Source: Methanobacteriota archaeon (GTDB lineage Archaea; Halobacteriota; Bog-38; Methanoflorentales; Methanoflorentaceae). Taken from it: 64,000 nucleotides of DNA. Where the stretch lies: positions 448,001 to 512,000 of the forward strand of contig OY970393.1 in the NCBI GenBank assembly GCA_963720465.1. The letters run 5' to 3'. This document shows, piece by piece, positions 10,273 to 20,735 of this stretch. The notes beneath the pieces are model-generated. The model was given only the letters and a program-made list of their open reading frames with translations. It did no database searches and was not told where the DNA came from. The position numbers and the translations under genes are program-made. Position 1 is the stretch's first letter. Each line of letters opens with the position of its first letter.

Positions 10273-11516
10273 CTATATCTCTTCAAAAAATAGCCGCGTC
10301 TTTCCTGCCGTCTGCACCGGCAGGGGCTTCGTTTTGATCACGAAAGGATAATGATTCGTCGCCTCGCCGACGGTGAGACACGTTCTCGGCGGCAATGCTC
10401 GCGCGACCTGTTGGATAGTTTCTGGGTCAATCCTCGTGGCTGGAGTAATATGTTCGAGGTCACCAGCTTCAGTTAAGTGGAATAAGAAGAGGTTGTCTGC
10501 CTGCCTAATCACAAGCTGCCGGATGGCCGTCGGTGTGTTAGTCATATAGATTTGGTACGTCCCTAAGTGGCGCATCCGTGTCACTGCATCGGCCCAATTC
10601 GTCTCGTGCAGGTACATATGGGCCTCCTCGGCAAAGATGAATAACGGGTCAAACCCTACTTCTAAAAGCGCTTGAATTTTGCGCAAGACGGTCTGGACGA
10701 CCAGATCCAGCGTGTTTTTGTTCTTCATCTCCAAGTTGATGATGAGCGCTCCGCCATTGGCGATTTTTTCAAGTTCGGACTCAGGTGTTGTTGCGTCAGC
10801 CTCGTCGTCGACAAAGAGGTTCGTCTTTTCTATGCGGTCCAACCGGCGGAGAACCGCTCCCTTAATCCGTCGATCCATACTCTCGTCTACCTTTGCGTAC
10901 AATTTACTGAAGGACACGGGCCCATTTTCCTCGATCGCAGCCCAAATGTTTCTGAGCTCGTACGCTGAGGGTTCCCCAAGGCCGATAGTCATTACCAGTA
11001 CGTCAAGAAACACGTCTGGTCGACATACGGAAGCGTAAAACGCAGATTCGTTCTTGGATCAAGCGGTCGAATGGTGTCGTAGTACGCGCTCTGACTAGCA
11101 TCGTCGTTGTATCGCATCGGGGGATACTCGTCGTTGATGTCAAACACGATACCTTTCGCTTTCTGGTCGATGAGGCCAAGGAGTAGTGCTTTGCCGATAT
11201 GGCTCTTCCCGCTTCCCTTCTTGCCCACGACAATGGATATTCCCTGGAGGTAAAAGGCGCTCGTAGTCAGCAGCGTCTTCGTGTAGGCGGTTTCCCCCAG
11301 CGTGATAGGATGTTCGAACCGCTCATGTGCTAGCCCAAGCTTCTCCAAAAGCCACCCGTCGTCTACTGACGTAACGGTCGCCCCTCTATCGGGAATCCAC
11401 CCACTCCAGTCGACGACGTTCTCTTGGCCGTCCTCGACGGCGAGGTCCTTACGTATCTTCGCCCGCGCGAACTTCATGTTGCGCACGTCGTGGTAGAACC
11501 GCTCGTACTCGACCGT
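10273..11516 (-). pseudogene. HerA/DUF87-type ATPase, frameshifted near 11021 and 5'-truncated
   Basis: Walker A GKKGSGKS, VFDINDEY, Walker B IFAEEAH, TRMRHLG; PYV/PDVFLD is joined by one missing base. Confidence 0.85.
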
Positions 11517-11802
11517 GTGTGTGGGTTGCTATGAGAAGATGAAAAAGGAAGCGGAAAACGAAGCAGTCGCAAAGGCGGTTAACGCGGCTCTAGCGCCGTA
11601 TTTGAACGACTCGTTGCCTACTGTCAACGTCACGGACGCAATTATGCAGAAGGGCGAGGTAGTGCACGCTATAATGGACGCGACGTGAACTACGATCTAT
11701 TTTCACACTATAGACGCAAAGAACTGAGGACAAGTCGGCAAATTGCTCGTCTGATTCTATTAAAATGAGAATTGTCTCTCCGGTAATGTGTCGTCTAAGT
11801 GC

Positions 11803-12351
11803 TTAAATATGACTAAAATTCGCCACTAACATCACCTCAAAGGAGCGGCTGCGTTTTTTTGCCATCGGTGCCAACGCGATCACCCAAACAATCACGACGG
11901 CCACTACTATTTCTGGTCCAGAGAACAACTCGGTATCCTTGAGGGCGCTAAGTGTCATCATTGCCAGCATGGCCAAAGGCAAGCTGTTAGCTTCTATTTC
12001 AGCCAACAGGGCTCTCACAGAGCCGAATCTTACTTCACGTTTTTTCAACTCAGTACCCTCTACGGATCCGACGTCCGGAGAATCTACTGCCTTCGGGAGA
12101 ATTTCTGGGACGAAATGCCAGTTCCCGTCAATTTCTGAATGATTCGCAAGATCCGTCTGCTTCGGGTGGTGGCGAAAATTCTCGACGCTTGCGTTGCCTG
12201 TCAGATGTATCTGGTCGCCATCGCAACATTCCTTGAATTCCATCCGGCGCATTTGCGAGGGCGATGATGGTACCCTCGCTGTTTCGACCCAAGATCGCAA
12301 CGATGCGCTCGTTTGTCTGGTCAAGCGCTTCTTTCTTGAGTCGTGTGTCAT
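11803..12351 (-). CDS. Hypothetical protein with C-terminal hydrophobic segments
   Basis: 182-aa ORF; no family recognised. Confidence 0.4.
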   Translation of the reverse strand: MTHDSRKKRLTRQTSASLRSWVETARVPSSPSQMRRMEFKECCDGDQIHLTGNASVENFRHHPKQTDLANHSEIDGNWHFVPEILPKAVDSPDVGSVEGTELKKREVRFGSVRALLAEIEANSLPLAMLAMMTLSALKDTELFSGPEIVVAVVIVWVIALAPMAKKRSRSFEVMLVANFSHI

Positions 12352-12479
12352 AGGTTTTCCTTGGAGCGCTCAGCGCCCCATAAATACTTAGGGCTGAAAA
12401 AAAGTAAAGATTAATCAGAAAAGCCTATCACTCTTTCTCAAATATATATACTTCAGAAGATGACGGGGACCCTTTTACT

Positions 12480-13691
12480 ATGAACACCAAAACACTGGTC
12501 AAAAAGCTCAAAACCCGTGATGTGGATATCGACCCAAAAACGCTCACCAACTGGGGGAGGGAGGGGATAGTTTCCGGCTGCAAGATATACCCAGCTACCC
12601 GTCGGTCGCGGGGGCGTCCTTCAAAACGGCCTGAAGAGATAGACCACAGGGGGAAACCCGGCCGTTTCCACGCTGAATGGGATGATGAAGCGGTAGAAGA
12701 GGTTGCAGCGGTATGGGTAGTAAGCGGCGGCCGCAGACGACTCTCAAGGACGCGGATCGAGATGATAAAAACTGTAGCAAACCACGCCTATCAACATGCT
12801 TCCGCATTTTACGAGTTCCCTGCAGGCATTAGGGTCACTGGCCCGGAGCCAACATCGCAGTGGAATTGGCGTATGCTGAAAATGATGGTCTATCCCGACC
12901 GTGCGCTCAATGCGCAGGCGCAGAAGTGGATCGCCACGAAAGAGAAGGCGAAGCGCAACAAGAAGATCTCCGAACCGAAAAAGGTGCTCTTTTACTGGCA
13001 GTCACAGCCGGCCGACATAAGGGCGGTTCCCATAAGAGCGCGCAATGGTCACGAACTCCTCAGCAGCCTGAAACGCTTCCTACCAGATCTCTCTATGACG
13101 GGGCCTGGAGTTTCCGGTGCGCAGCCTCCGAGTTCTGGAGAGATTCCATTACTATTCCCACATGACAACGTGCGAATGAGTCGCCCATCTGAACATCCCG
13201 GATGGGAGCTTCGGCCGTCGAGGTGGAAGTTCGACTTGGAGCGGATTGAGCTTGAAGACGCAGACGTTGATGAGCTTGTTTTCCTCCTCGATGGCCGCGA
13301 CAGCCGGATAAAGGCGTGGTATGCCCCTTATGATCTGTACGATCCGGCCGTTGATTACGAGAAGAGAGCGGATGACCCCAGTCAGAGCGATCAGAATGGC
13401 GCTCGATGGGATGCTGGGATCGATTTGCTCGTGGACGAGTCCCGCTCGCTCTTTAGCGAGATCGGTCCCCTGCTCTCCGATATGAATCGCGAACACGTCA
13501 CCCGGAAGATTACATCTTCTGTGTTAACACTCGTCCCGACCGAGTTTATGCCTCTTATTCGATGGCTCCCGCTGCCGCGACAAGAAATAACGCCTTTTGT
13601 TTTTTTTACACCGTTACAGAGCATCTATCTACGAGACCAGCTACGCCATCTCTTGAAAATTACCAATGCCATTAGTAGTACGCCATTGTAG
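12480..13691 (+). CDS. Putative DNA-binding protein, paralog of 7872..8633
   Basis: TLTNWGREG HTH, W...VEEVAAV, KWIAT.EK; TATATATA box at about 12443. Confidence 0.65.
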   Translation: MNTKTLVKKLKTRDVDIDPKTLTNWGREGIVSGCKIYPATRRSRGRPSKRPEEIDHRGKPGRFHAEWDDEAVEEVAAVWVVSGGRRRLSRTRIEMIKTVANHAYQHASAFYEFPAGIRVTGPEPTSQWNWRMLKMMVYPDRALNAQAQKWIATKEKAKRNKKISEPKKVLFYWQSQPADIRAVPIRARNGHELLSSLKRFLPDLSMTGPGVSGAQPPSSGEIPLLFPHDNVRMSRPSEHPGWELRPSRWKFDLERIELEDADVDELVFLLDGRDSRIKAWYAPYDLYDPAVDYEKRADDPSQSDQNGARWDAGIDLLVDESRSLFSEIGPLLSDMNREHVTRKITSSVLTLVPTEFMPLIRWLPLPRQEITPFVFFTPLQSIYLRDQLRHLLKITNAISSTPL

Positions 13692-13957
13692 ACTGCTGGC
13701 CGTAGAGAGCACTTTCCGTATTGTGAGGATTACCGACGCCCGCAGCGCCTATCGTGGTAACGGCGCGTTACTTTGGCAGGTAGGATAGTATAGCGTGTTC
13801 CGTTGAGCCTCTCCGTAGCTCCTAGCTCGTTACTTCTTTTGGCTATTTAGAACGCGTGGAGAGGCCCGTTTCCGGACCACAATCAAATGACTAAAAGATA
13901 TTTGCCCCCAGACCAAAGGTAAAGAGTAAAGAATCGACGATCAGATCTCCTAATCCC

Positions 13958-14077
13958 TCACTCGTTCCTTACGGCGCTCGCAATTGCTAGTATCGCGATT
14001 CTGATGCCTTCAAGCTCTTTTGTATTGGCGTCAACCGCCCTAATGAGCTGCTGCAGTTCCGTAGTTAAGCCGTCCAT
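13958..14077 (-). CDS. 39-aa helical/coiled-coil small protein
   Basis: SD GGAGGTG 5 nt before ATG; MDGLTTELQQLIRAVDANTKELEGIRIAILAIASAVRNE. Confidence 0.6.
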   Translation of the reverse strand: MDGLTTELQQLIRAVDANTKELEGIRIAILAIASAVRNE

Positions 14078-14210
14078 GTGTGCACCTCCATTCTTTTTCG
14101 ATATGAGTGATTGCCTCAAAACATCGTCGACGAGGGCCCTCTGAGTTTTATTACACTTTCACTCTACTTTTAGACTAACTTTACCCAGGTATACCCTCTA
14201 TTTTGCCCCC

Positions 14211-14465
14211 ATGAACGATCTAGCAGAAGTCGATGAACTCATCCTGCAAATCGCAGACTACAAGAACGACTATGCCGATATGGCTGCCGAAAGACTTTTT
14301 AGGAAGTGCTCGACCAGGTGGGAACCTTATCAATACCTGCGAGATCGCGTGCATGATAGCTGGCTACCCAACAACGCACGCCAGCAATTACAACGAATTA
14401 TCAAAAGGATACAAGTGCAGATACATCAAAGTCGGGAATATGGGTGGGCGTATGAGTATTCATAA
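14211..14465 (+). CDS. Hypothetical protein
   Basis: 84-aa ATG ORF with helical composition. Confidence 0.45.
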   Translation: MNDLAEVDELILQIADYKNDYADMAAERLFRKCSTRWEPYQYLRDRVHDSWLPNNARQQLQRIIKRIQVQIHQSREYGWAYEYS

Positions 14466-14595
14466 GCGTATTAAAACCCAGCTAACACTCGCCGCTAGAA
14501 AAAAGGTCATTTTGCATTTAATATCGCCGTTAGAAAAAACCACACATGAAATATGTCATGCCGTCCATGCGTTAGCACCGAGTAGGAGGGAGAAA

Positions 14596-14871
14596 ATGCT
14601 CACCAAGGCGTTAGTTTTGACGGACGACGAGGCGGAGCTGCTAAGTCGCGCGCTTGAAGAAGTGAAGACCAAAACCTTTGAAGAGTTCCAGATTAGCCTA
14701 GATGATTTAGGTGCTCTCAACGCTCTTGTTTCACATTTCAGGGAAGCTGAGAAAGTAGAACCGGATAAGGAAGCACATCAAATATCCGTTAACCCATTGA
14801 GCAAACGCCTCTTTTTAGGGCACTTCATCGGTAGAGAAGGCGGTACAGACACAGCGGGCGGGTCGCAGTAG
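14596..14871 (+). CDS. Hypothetical protein
   Basis: AGGAGGG SD before ATG 14596; the 3' end runs into repeat copy 1. Confidence 0.5.
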   Translation: MLTKALVLTDDEAELLSRALEEVKTKTFEEFQISLDDLGALNALVSHFREAEKVEPDKEAHQISVNPLSKRLFLGHFIGREGGTDTAGGSQ

Positions 14872-14885
14872 AGTTGACCTCGCAC
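14787..14885. repeat. Degenerate direct repeat, copy 1
   Basis: First 52 nt match 15482-15533 at 46/52; weaker similarity continues about 45 nt. Confidence 0.8.
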
Positions 14886-14989
14886 GAGCAACTGACACAA
14901 GTAGATTGCAGCACTCAGGCCACATAGCGCGCAAATCCGGGCGAAAGGACTTATTCTTGCACGTTAAATGACGTGACAGGTGACAAACC

Positions 14990-15298
14990 ATGCTTTGCTT
15001 GGTATATATTGAGGTTCCCGCAGAAGTAGGCACTCGCGTAGATTTCGAAGAACAGGGCCCCGGGCAAATCATCGGGTATATGATGAATAGGTTCGCGCCC
15101 GAGGCGGTGTATATAAAGGCCGGCACGCGTGCTAGTTTTATGGTTGCCGATCTGAATGAGACACAGATGACGGAGCTTATGCTTATTGTGTCGAAGAATT
15201 TCGGCACGTATCCGGAGTTCACGGCTCTCATTCCCGCAGCGGCTATTCCCGAAATGGCTGGAAAGGCGATAGAAGCGGTGAAGAAGGCACAAATTTAG
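14990..15298 (+). CDS. Conserved hypothetical ferredoxin-like fold protein (DUF3303/GYD-like)
   Basis: AGGTGA SD; PEAVY...G.R..F.V.DL pattern. Confidence 0.65.
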   Translation: MLCLVYIEVPAEVGTRVDFEEQGPGQIIGYMMNRFAPEAVYIKAGTRASFMVADLNETQMTELMLIVSKNFGTYPEFTALIPAAAIPEMAGKAIEAVKKAQI

Positions 15299-15481
15299 CG
15301 TGGTCTTTACGAAAGTCGTCGATCGAATCAGTTTCACCCAATCCATGGCCGATCCCAAAATGACATTCTAGACTGGCTATCGACCGTGCTGGCAGTCTTG
15401 GGCAGGCCAGACGGCACAGAAAGAGAGTGATACATCAAAAAATAGCGGTGATCTCAAAATTACGGTAGCGCGTACGTAGCT

Positions 15482-15576
15482 CGTTAACCCATTGAACAAA
15501 CGCCTTTTTCTGGGGCACATTATCGGTAGAGAATGTAGCACGGACGCAGCGAGCGAGTCTCAGGGCTGACTCGCAC
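15482..15576. repeat. Degenerate direct repeat, copy 2
   Basis: Matches 14787-14885. Confidence 0.8.
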
Positions 15577-15668
15577 TGCAGGCCCTGGGTACTCTTGTCG
15601 GCAGGCCTGACGCAGAAAGAGAGTAGTCTGAAAAACACGCTTACAGCTATTGGCGGCTAACTATAGGG

Positions 15669-15857
15669 CTAACATTCTGATCGCCACCTAGCCACCATAG
15701 CGTCATATTCTCGCTGGGTGTTTTCAAATACGCGATCGCCTTCTATCTCTTTATGGCAAGTCGCGCAAACGGAGCTTGACGCTTGTAAACGCACTTTATG
15801 TACCGCAGGTTTACCACAGTACAGGCACGGCTCACCTTCTTTCTCGTTATTTCGCAT
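15669..15857 (-). CDS. Small zinc-finger protein
   Basis: GAGGTGA SD; CLYC...CATC. Confidence 0.65.
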   Translation of the reverse strand: MRNNEKEGEPCLYCGKPAVHKVRLQASSSVCATCHKEIEGDRVFENTQREYDAMVARWRSEC

Positions 15858-16063
15858 GTCACTCACCTCTAATAAGGGCTAATTTTTCCACGGCGCTCAT
15901 AATCTTACACAACTCTCCCCATGATCAAAACGGCGCGTTAGCATAGACGTCTTGCAGGTCCCGGTCGTTGAAGCAGATACAATGGCGCGTATATAGCCAC
16001 TAATCTAGCATCCGCTGGGCGCGACTACACATAAACTACGGCTCCCCCCGACGAGACACAGAT

Positions 16064-16759
16064 TCACTCTTCAAGGGGCGTAACGAAGCAGGATGCCAGC
16101 TTGGTGCTAATGAGCTTCTGTTCGTGGAAAAGGCGCGAGGTGAGGTGGTACATGCCTTCTTCACTCGCGTAAAGCTCGCTTACGAATCGCTTCGTGCCGC
16201 CTCCTGCGATGAAGTCGATATCGAGCACGTCCATGAGCGTGTGCGATTTCGAAGGGGGAGTTGCGGCGATCTCAAGCCGTAGATTCGACACGTCGCGGTG
16301 AGCGTGCACGACCGTCTCCGTCTCGATGGTTTCTTCATAGGCCCAGTAGGGCCGATTCACGAAGAAGGTCTGGATCTCCGCGGGATCTTCTACGAGTCGA
16401 ACCTCGTAATAGGGAGAGTACCAGTTCACGAAAGCACCGTCGCGGTACGCCGTGACGTGCAGATAGACCCATCCTGTGTGGTTCGCAAAGACGTGGAAGT
16501 TGAGCGCTGCCATGCCGTTAGGGCGCAATTCTTGCACGAAATGAAAAGAGCCGCTTGCCAAAACGTCGAGATCGTGCGAGTTAAAGGTATACAGCGTTGC
16601 GCTCACGTCGACGAGGGGCTCCGTTGATACGTTCCTCAGCTTGACGGTGATCCAGTGGCGCCCCCGGTCGAGCACCTCGGGCGTAACGGTTGCCTCGAAG
16701 GGATGCTTGCGTCGTTCTTCCGTGGCGATTCTCTTCTCTTCTTTCTTTTCGTCGGTCAT
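16064..16759 (-). CDS. Hypothetical protein with two beta-sandwich-like domains
   Basis: 231-aa beta-rich ORF (VKLRNVS, GMYHLTSRL). Confidence 0.7.
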   Translation of the reverse strand: MTDEKKEEKRIATEERRKHPFEATVTPEVLDRGRHWITVKLRNVSTEPLVDVSATLYTFNSHDLDVLASGSFHFVQELRPNGMAALNFHVFANHTGWVYLHVTAYRDGAFVNWYSPYYEVRLVEDPAEIQTFFVNRPYWAYEETIETETVVHAHRDVSNLRLEIAATPPSKSHTLMDVLDIDFIAGGGTKRFVSELYASEEGMYHLTSRLFHEQKLISTKLASCFVTPLEE

Positions 16760-17185
16760 AGTATCATCAAATTGAGTAGCGCACGGAGGGGGATAAGGCA
16801 TACGCAAGGAAAAAACAGGTCACGAAGGAGAAACACGCTACGTTATCATAGCTCGGGCCCCCGAAAATTACCACACTAGAACTGCATGTTATTCTTTTAT
16901 TTCGAACAAACCCCTTATACGTCCCCTTTTTGCGAGGGGAACAACTCTTTTTTAGTTAAGGGTCGCTCTTCTTGCAACCTGCGCTTACATTGCACTTACG
17001 CGATCTCGCGCGAAAAGTTCGGAGTATTAATTTGTCGTTTTTTTTGTTGTTTGCTTTTGCTGCCTACGCCATTTGGAGCGTGATAAGGCGCAGTGTTGTT
17101 GAGTCACGAGTAACGATTCGAAACACAGAATTATATCTCACAAATGCGCACACTTTTGCACAATCGAGCAGAGGTAAAACTGACC

Positions 17186-17650
17186 ATGGCAAATCTATCA
17201 CACGTCGAAATGCTCCTGCAGGGAGTACCTGTTTGGAACCAATGGAGGGCGGCGCATCCGGAGATACGGCCAGATCTCAGCGGGGCGTACCTTGCCGGGG
17301 CTGACCTCACCGAGGCGGATCTCATCAAAGCTGACCTCAGAGGAGCTGACCTCACTCAAACGAGCCTTCACGCGGCTGACCTCACCGAGGCTGACCTCAC
17401 CGAGGCTGACCTCCAAGAGGCTGACCTTACTGGAGCAACCCTTATCAAGGCGGATCTTACGGGGGCTGAAGTCAACGAGGCCGACCTTTCTGACGCTAAC
17501 CTCACCAAGGCGAACCTCACCAATGCTGCGTTTCGAGGCGCTAAACTTGTCAAAGCGGACCTCAGTGAGACGACCTGTATCGGCGCCGACCTGACCGGGA
17601 CCGACGTGACGGGGGCGGACACGACGGGCGCCATCTTCGAGCATCCTTGA
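17186..17650 (+). CDS. Pentapeptide-repeat protein
   Basis: MAN..H..ML.QGV..WNQWR...P...PDL leader followed by A(D/N)LXX repeats. Confidence 0.95.
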   Translation: MANLSHVEMLLQGVPVWNQWRAAHPEIRPDLSGAYLAGADLTEADLIKADLRGADLTQTSLHAADLTEADLTEADLQEADLTGATLIKADLTGAEVNEADLSDANLTKANLTNAAFRGAKLVKADLSETTCIGADLTGTDVTGADTTGAIFEHP

Positions 17651-18075
17651 TCGGGCGAGATGGATCCGGACGAAGCGTTACGCGAGTCCCCTGAATTTCT
17701 CTGCCGTCGTGCCTCCGGAATGACCGACGCCGTTTCGGCCCGCCATTCCTGAGCATAAGTGAACAGCACCCGCATCAAAGTTTTGTTGTTGCGCTTCGGC
17801 GACGAGCAAGCAGTCATATTTGCCAGGCGGAGTAAAACTCCTTAAAATGCACCTGCCCTTCGTGTCAGCTGTGAATGGTCAAAGAGGCAGATGTAGGCTG
17901 TGCGATAGCGAACGTGGTGAGAAATGACGTCTTGCAAAGAGTACGGGCATAAGTTAGGCTTCTTAGAACACGCAGCCGATGGCCTTTGCAGAGATGCTCA
18001 TTCTGTAACCTCACCGTCTGTGCATGAAGCGGGTCACTGACGCTGTAACTTAGATAAAGATTAGACACCTTATGC

Positions 18076-18522
18076 ATGACTCGTACTACTGCTGAGGGCG
18101 ATGCCGTGCCAGAGGAGGAAATAGATGCGAACCTTGTGCCCCTCGTCAAAGTACTCAACACCCTTCCGTGTGTTACCACGGTGTGCTGCTGTGGTGGACA
18201 TCCCGGCGAACGTGACCACGGGAAGTGGCCAGAAGGAACGTGGTATGTCACGCTAGAGATTGCACAAAAAGAGCAGGGGTGGCGTACGCTGGCGTTTCTT
18301 GGATGGGCAATCAACCGCGAGTATCGTAAGGTAGGGCATCACGTCTTCTTTTACCCTGACGCATTGCCGCCTCGCGCTGTCGGCGACGAGGCCACACTCG
18401 GTTTCCAGCTGGAGGGATACCGATACGAGCGTCCTGACGAGCTCGCGAACTGGATAACGAAGATGCAACACAGCGACGAAAGCTTCGCACGTAGTACACA
18501 GGGAAAACCGCCACGTAACTAA
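18076..18522 (+). CDS. Hypothetical protein with a TYW3-like N-terminal motif
   Basis: IDANLVPLVKVLNTLP.VTTVCCCGGH resembles ID..I..L...IN.....TTSSCSG. Confidence 0.6.
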   Translation: MTRTTAEGDAVPEEEIDANLVPLVKVLNTLPCVTTVCCCGGHPGERDHGKWPEGTWYVTLEIAQKEQGWRTLAFLGWAINREYRKVGHHVFFYPDALPPRAVGDEATLGFQLEGYRYERPDELANWITKMQHSDESFARSTQGKPPRN

Positions 18523-18919
18523 GAGTCACGTTCGTGCTTATAAGGTCGTGAACGTCACTATTGGCTCTGCAATAACCGTAGGAAGGCGCTCCGCTTTTCA
18601 GCTCTTTTTTGACGTCTGACACATATACAGCCGTTCAGAGCAGGTCGACGGGCAAAAAATGCAAGTAGATTTTTAAATATGGGCATGACGGTTCGTTTCG
18701 GGGCTTTCCATCGAACAGCGGGCGTTTCTTTTTGATGATCTACGCTCACATAGTCCTTCTTTTTCGAGATGCCGCCGAATCCTAACGGCTCCATTGGTAC
18801 AACGCAACGACGCAAAAAAAGCAAAAAGAGCAGTTCGCCTGCTGCAAAATGAGATTCTATGATGTTAGACCCGGCAAAGCTACTTAATCATTCAAAAGTA
18901 ATTCTAAGCGGTGATATCA

Positions 18920-19216
18920 TTGGCTGAAAAAGAACGCATCTTTGTCGCGCCGAATGCATTCTTGTATCACGACAAGAAAAACTACACCATCGAAGTGGAA
19001 CTTCCCGGCGCAGATAAAAAGGACATCAAAGTTGAAGCTGGGGAAAACGGGTTTTGTCTCTCGGCGCCTCGAGATGATATCGAGTATGCCGGGTGCTGGA
19101 CACTCTCCCATACTATAAATCCGGAAGCGGCAACGGCCACGTTCGAAAATGGCCTTCTGAAGGTGACCATACCGCTAGCGGAACGGCTTGAGGGCATCAA
19201 GGTACCCATAAAATAG
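18920..19216 (+). CDS. Small heat-shock protein (Hsp20/alpha-crystallin), copy 1
   Basis: IEVELPG.DK.DI, ATATFENGLLKVTIP; TTG start 5 nt after GGTGA. Confidence 0.93.
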   Translation: MAEKERIFVAPNAFLYHDKKNYTIEVELPGADKKDIKVEAGENGFCLSAPRDDIEYAGCWTLSHTINPEAATATFENGLLKVTIPLAERLEGIKVPIK

Positions 19217-19330
19217 TCTCCCCCGTTCGTTGGAGCCGCGCGTGATGACCATGCCGCGAAGCTAGCTGCAGCCCCGAACCCTGGACAGCCCGTGTTGTTC
19301 TACGCGCCGAATTAGAACGGGAGCAGAGGA

Positions 19331-19522
19331 TTGAAAATGAATTGCGAAGAGATATTAGAGGATGCTATAGCCTTCTGTAAGAAGCAGATCGAAGAGCTTG
19401 AGGATAAGACAAATGTTGATGACCCAAGCGGTTATGACGGTCGTAACACTCGCAGAGGGCTTCGAGACGCGTACGAGAACGTAATAGAGCGCATAGCCAT
19501 AAAAAGGGCCGTGGAAAAATGA
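19331..19522 (+). CDS. Small hypothetical protein
   Basis: 63-aa charged helical ORF with a purine-rich upstream site. Confidence 0.5.
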   Translation: MKMNCEEILEDAIAFCKKQIEELEDKTNVDDPSGYDGRNTRRGLRDAYENVIERIAIKRAVEK

Positions 19523-20130
19523 TGGACGTCGGTCACGTTTACCGACATTGCTGAGGTGCACAACGGTCTGTATAGCCAAGAACGATGTTCTACGGCGCGT
19601 CAGCCTTCTCAAAAATGCCCTTGTAAACCGTCCATTGCATTGATCGTGTCGTCGTGCTCTCCCACTCGCGTAACCCCGCCGTTGTGAGTACCTGTCGAAA
19701 CTCATCGATCGACGTCCCGTGTGATACCCGTGTCGGCTCACATATCAAGAATCGACCCTCTCCATCAGCTCAGTGAGCTCTTGGATACCTGTTGATTGCG
19801 TCTTTCGGCAGGTCATGATTGAGGCTTCGCTTACCGGCATAACGGTGATGCCACCAACGTCTTCTCCGTGTTGTGCACAGAAGCCCCCATATCCATGGCT
19901 CCGGACGCGAGATAGTAGAATTGAGCGGCCCCGGCCCGTTCCTTATCGCTTGGGTTGCAGAATTGATCCAGCGCAAACCACGAGATGACTCGTGTAGTCA
20001 TAAGCGGCTTCGATATCAGAGCCTCATTGCCTTCGACTAGATTGCCCGACCGCATGTTACAAATATCCAATTTTGATATGGAACTACGATAGCCTTAAGG
20101 AACCCGACGCATTTTGTTCTGGTGATTAAA

Positions 20131-20556
20131 ATACACGAACGCATTTTTGAAAGCGTCGGCGATGTCACCTTTTGTCTTGATGAGGTGCCTCACGCCAGTC
20201 ACGGTACGATCACTTTCACAGTTAGGCAAGATGAGCTCTCGGCGTCAAACTTCGAAGAGCCACGTGCGAGGCTTTCCGGATTAGAAGACACCCGCGGGGT
20301 AATTAGCCTCGAGAGCCGACAAAACCAGGAGTTGATCCACCAGCTTGATGAGTATTTCATCGCTAAGGAGGGCCTCACGCTCAAGGGTGAGTTCAAGGAC
20401 AAGCTCGGCGGCTCGGTAACGGCGTGGATACTCGAGGTGCAGCTGTCAAAAAAGAACTCTTCAAGTTCGCATCAGGAAGGAGCCACTACCTATGAATTTG
20501 ATTCGGCCCCCGCATCAAAGCACCTTACGGGCGCGCATGACCTTAAGCGATGCTAA
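20131..20556 (+). CDS. Hypothetical protein (possible ATA start)
   Basis: About 141-aa ORF; the GTG at 20122 is part of the GGTGA SD and ATA lies 5 nt downstream. Confidence 0.5.
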   Translation: MHERIFESVGDVTFCLDEVPHASHGTITFTVRQDELSASNFEEPRARLSGLEDTRGVISLESRQNQELIHQLDEYFIAKEGLTLKGEFKDKLGGSVTAWILEVQLSKKNSSSSHQEGATTYEFDSAPASKHLTGAHDLKRC

Positions 20557-20735
20557 CACGGTTCAAAAGATGCACTACCGGCGTGGTCAAAGCTGTATAT
20601 CTGGGTCACTAATCAGTGCTTTAGCTCTCGTTTTCTTGATGCCTCAGCGTAAGCTACAAGATGCCGATTTTGCGGCTTTAGCGCTCGGCAAAGCTATTTA
20701 AGCGTTTGAAGTGAACCTTCCAGTGGTGATCATTA

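Noticed and set aside
17290-17620. 15-nt tandem repeats (GCTGACCTCACCGAG) as a CRISPR array or VNTR
   Set aside because: They encode the ADLTE pentapeptide repeats and there are no unique spacers.
19770-20070. Minus-strand fragment GAMDMGASVHNTEKTL as a PLP decarboxylase remnant
   Set aside because: The resemblance is too short and the key H-K motif is altered; it cannot be supported without a search.
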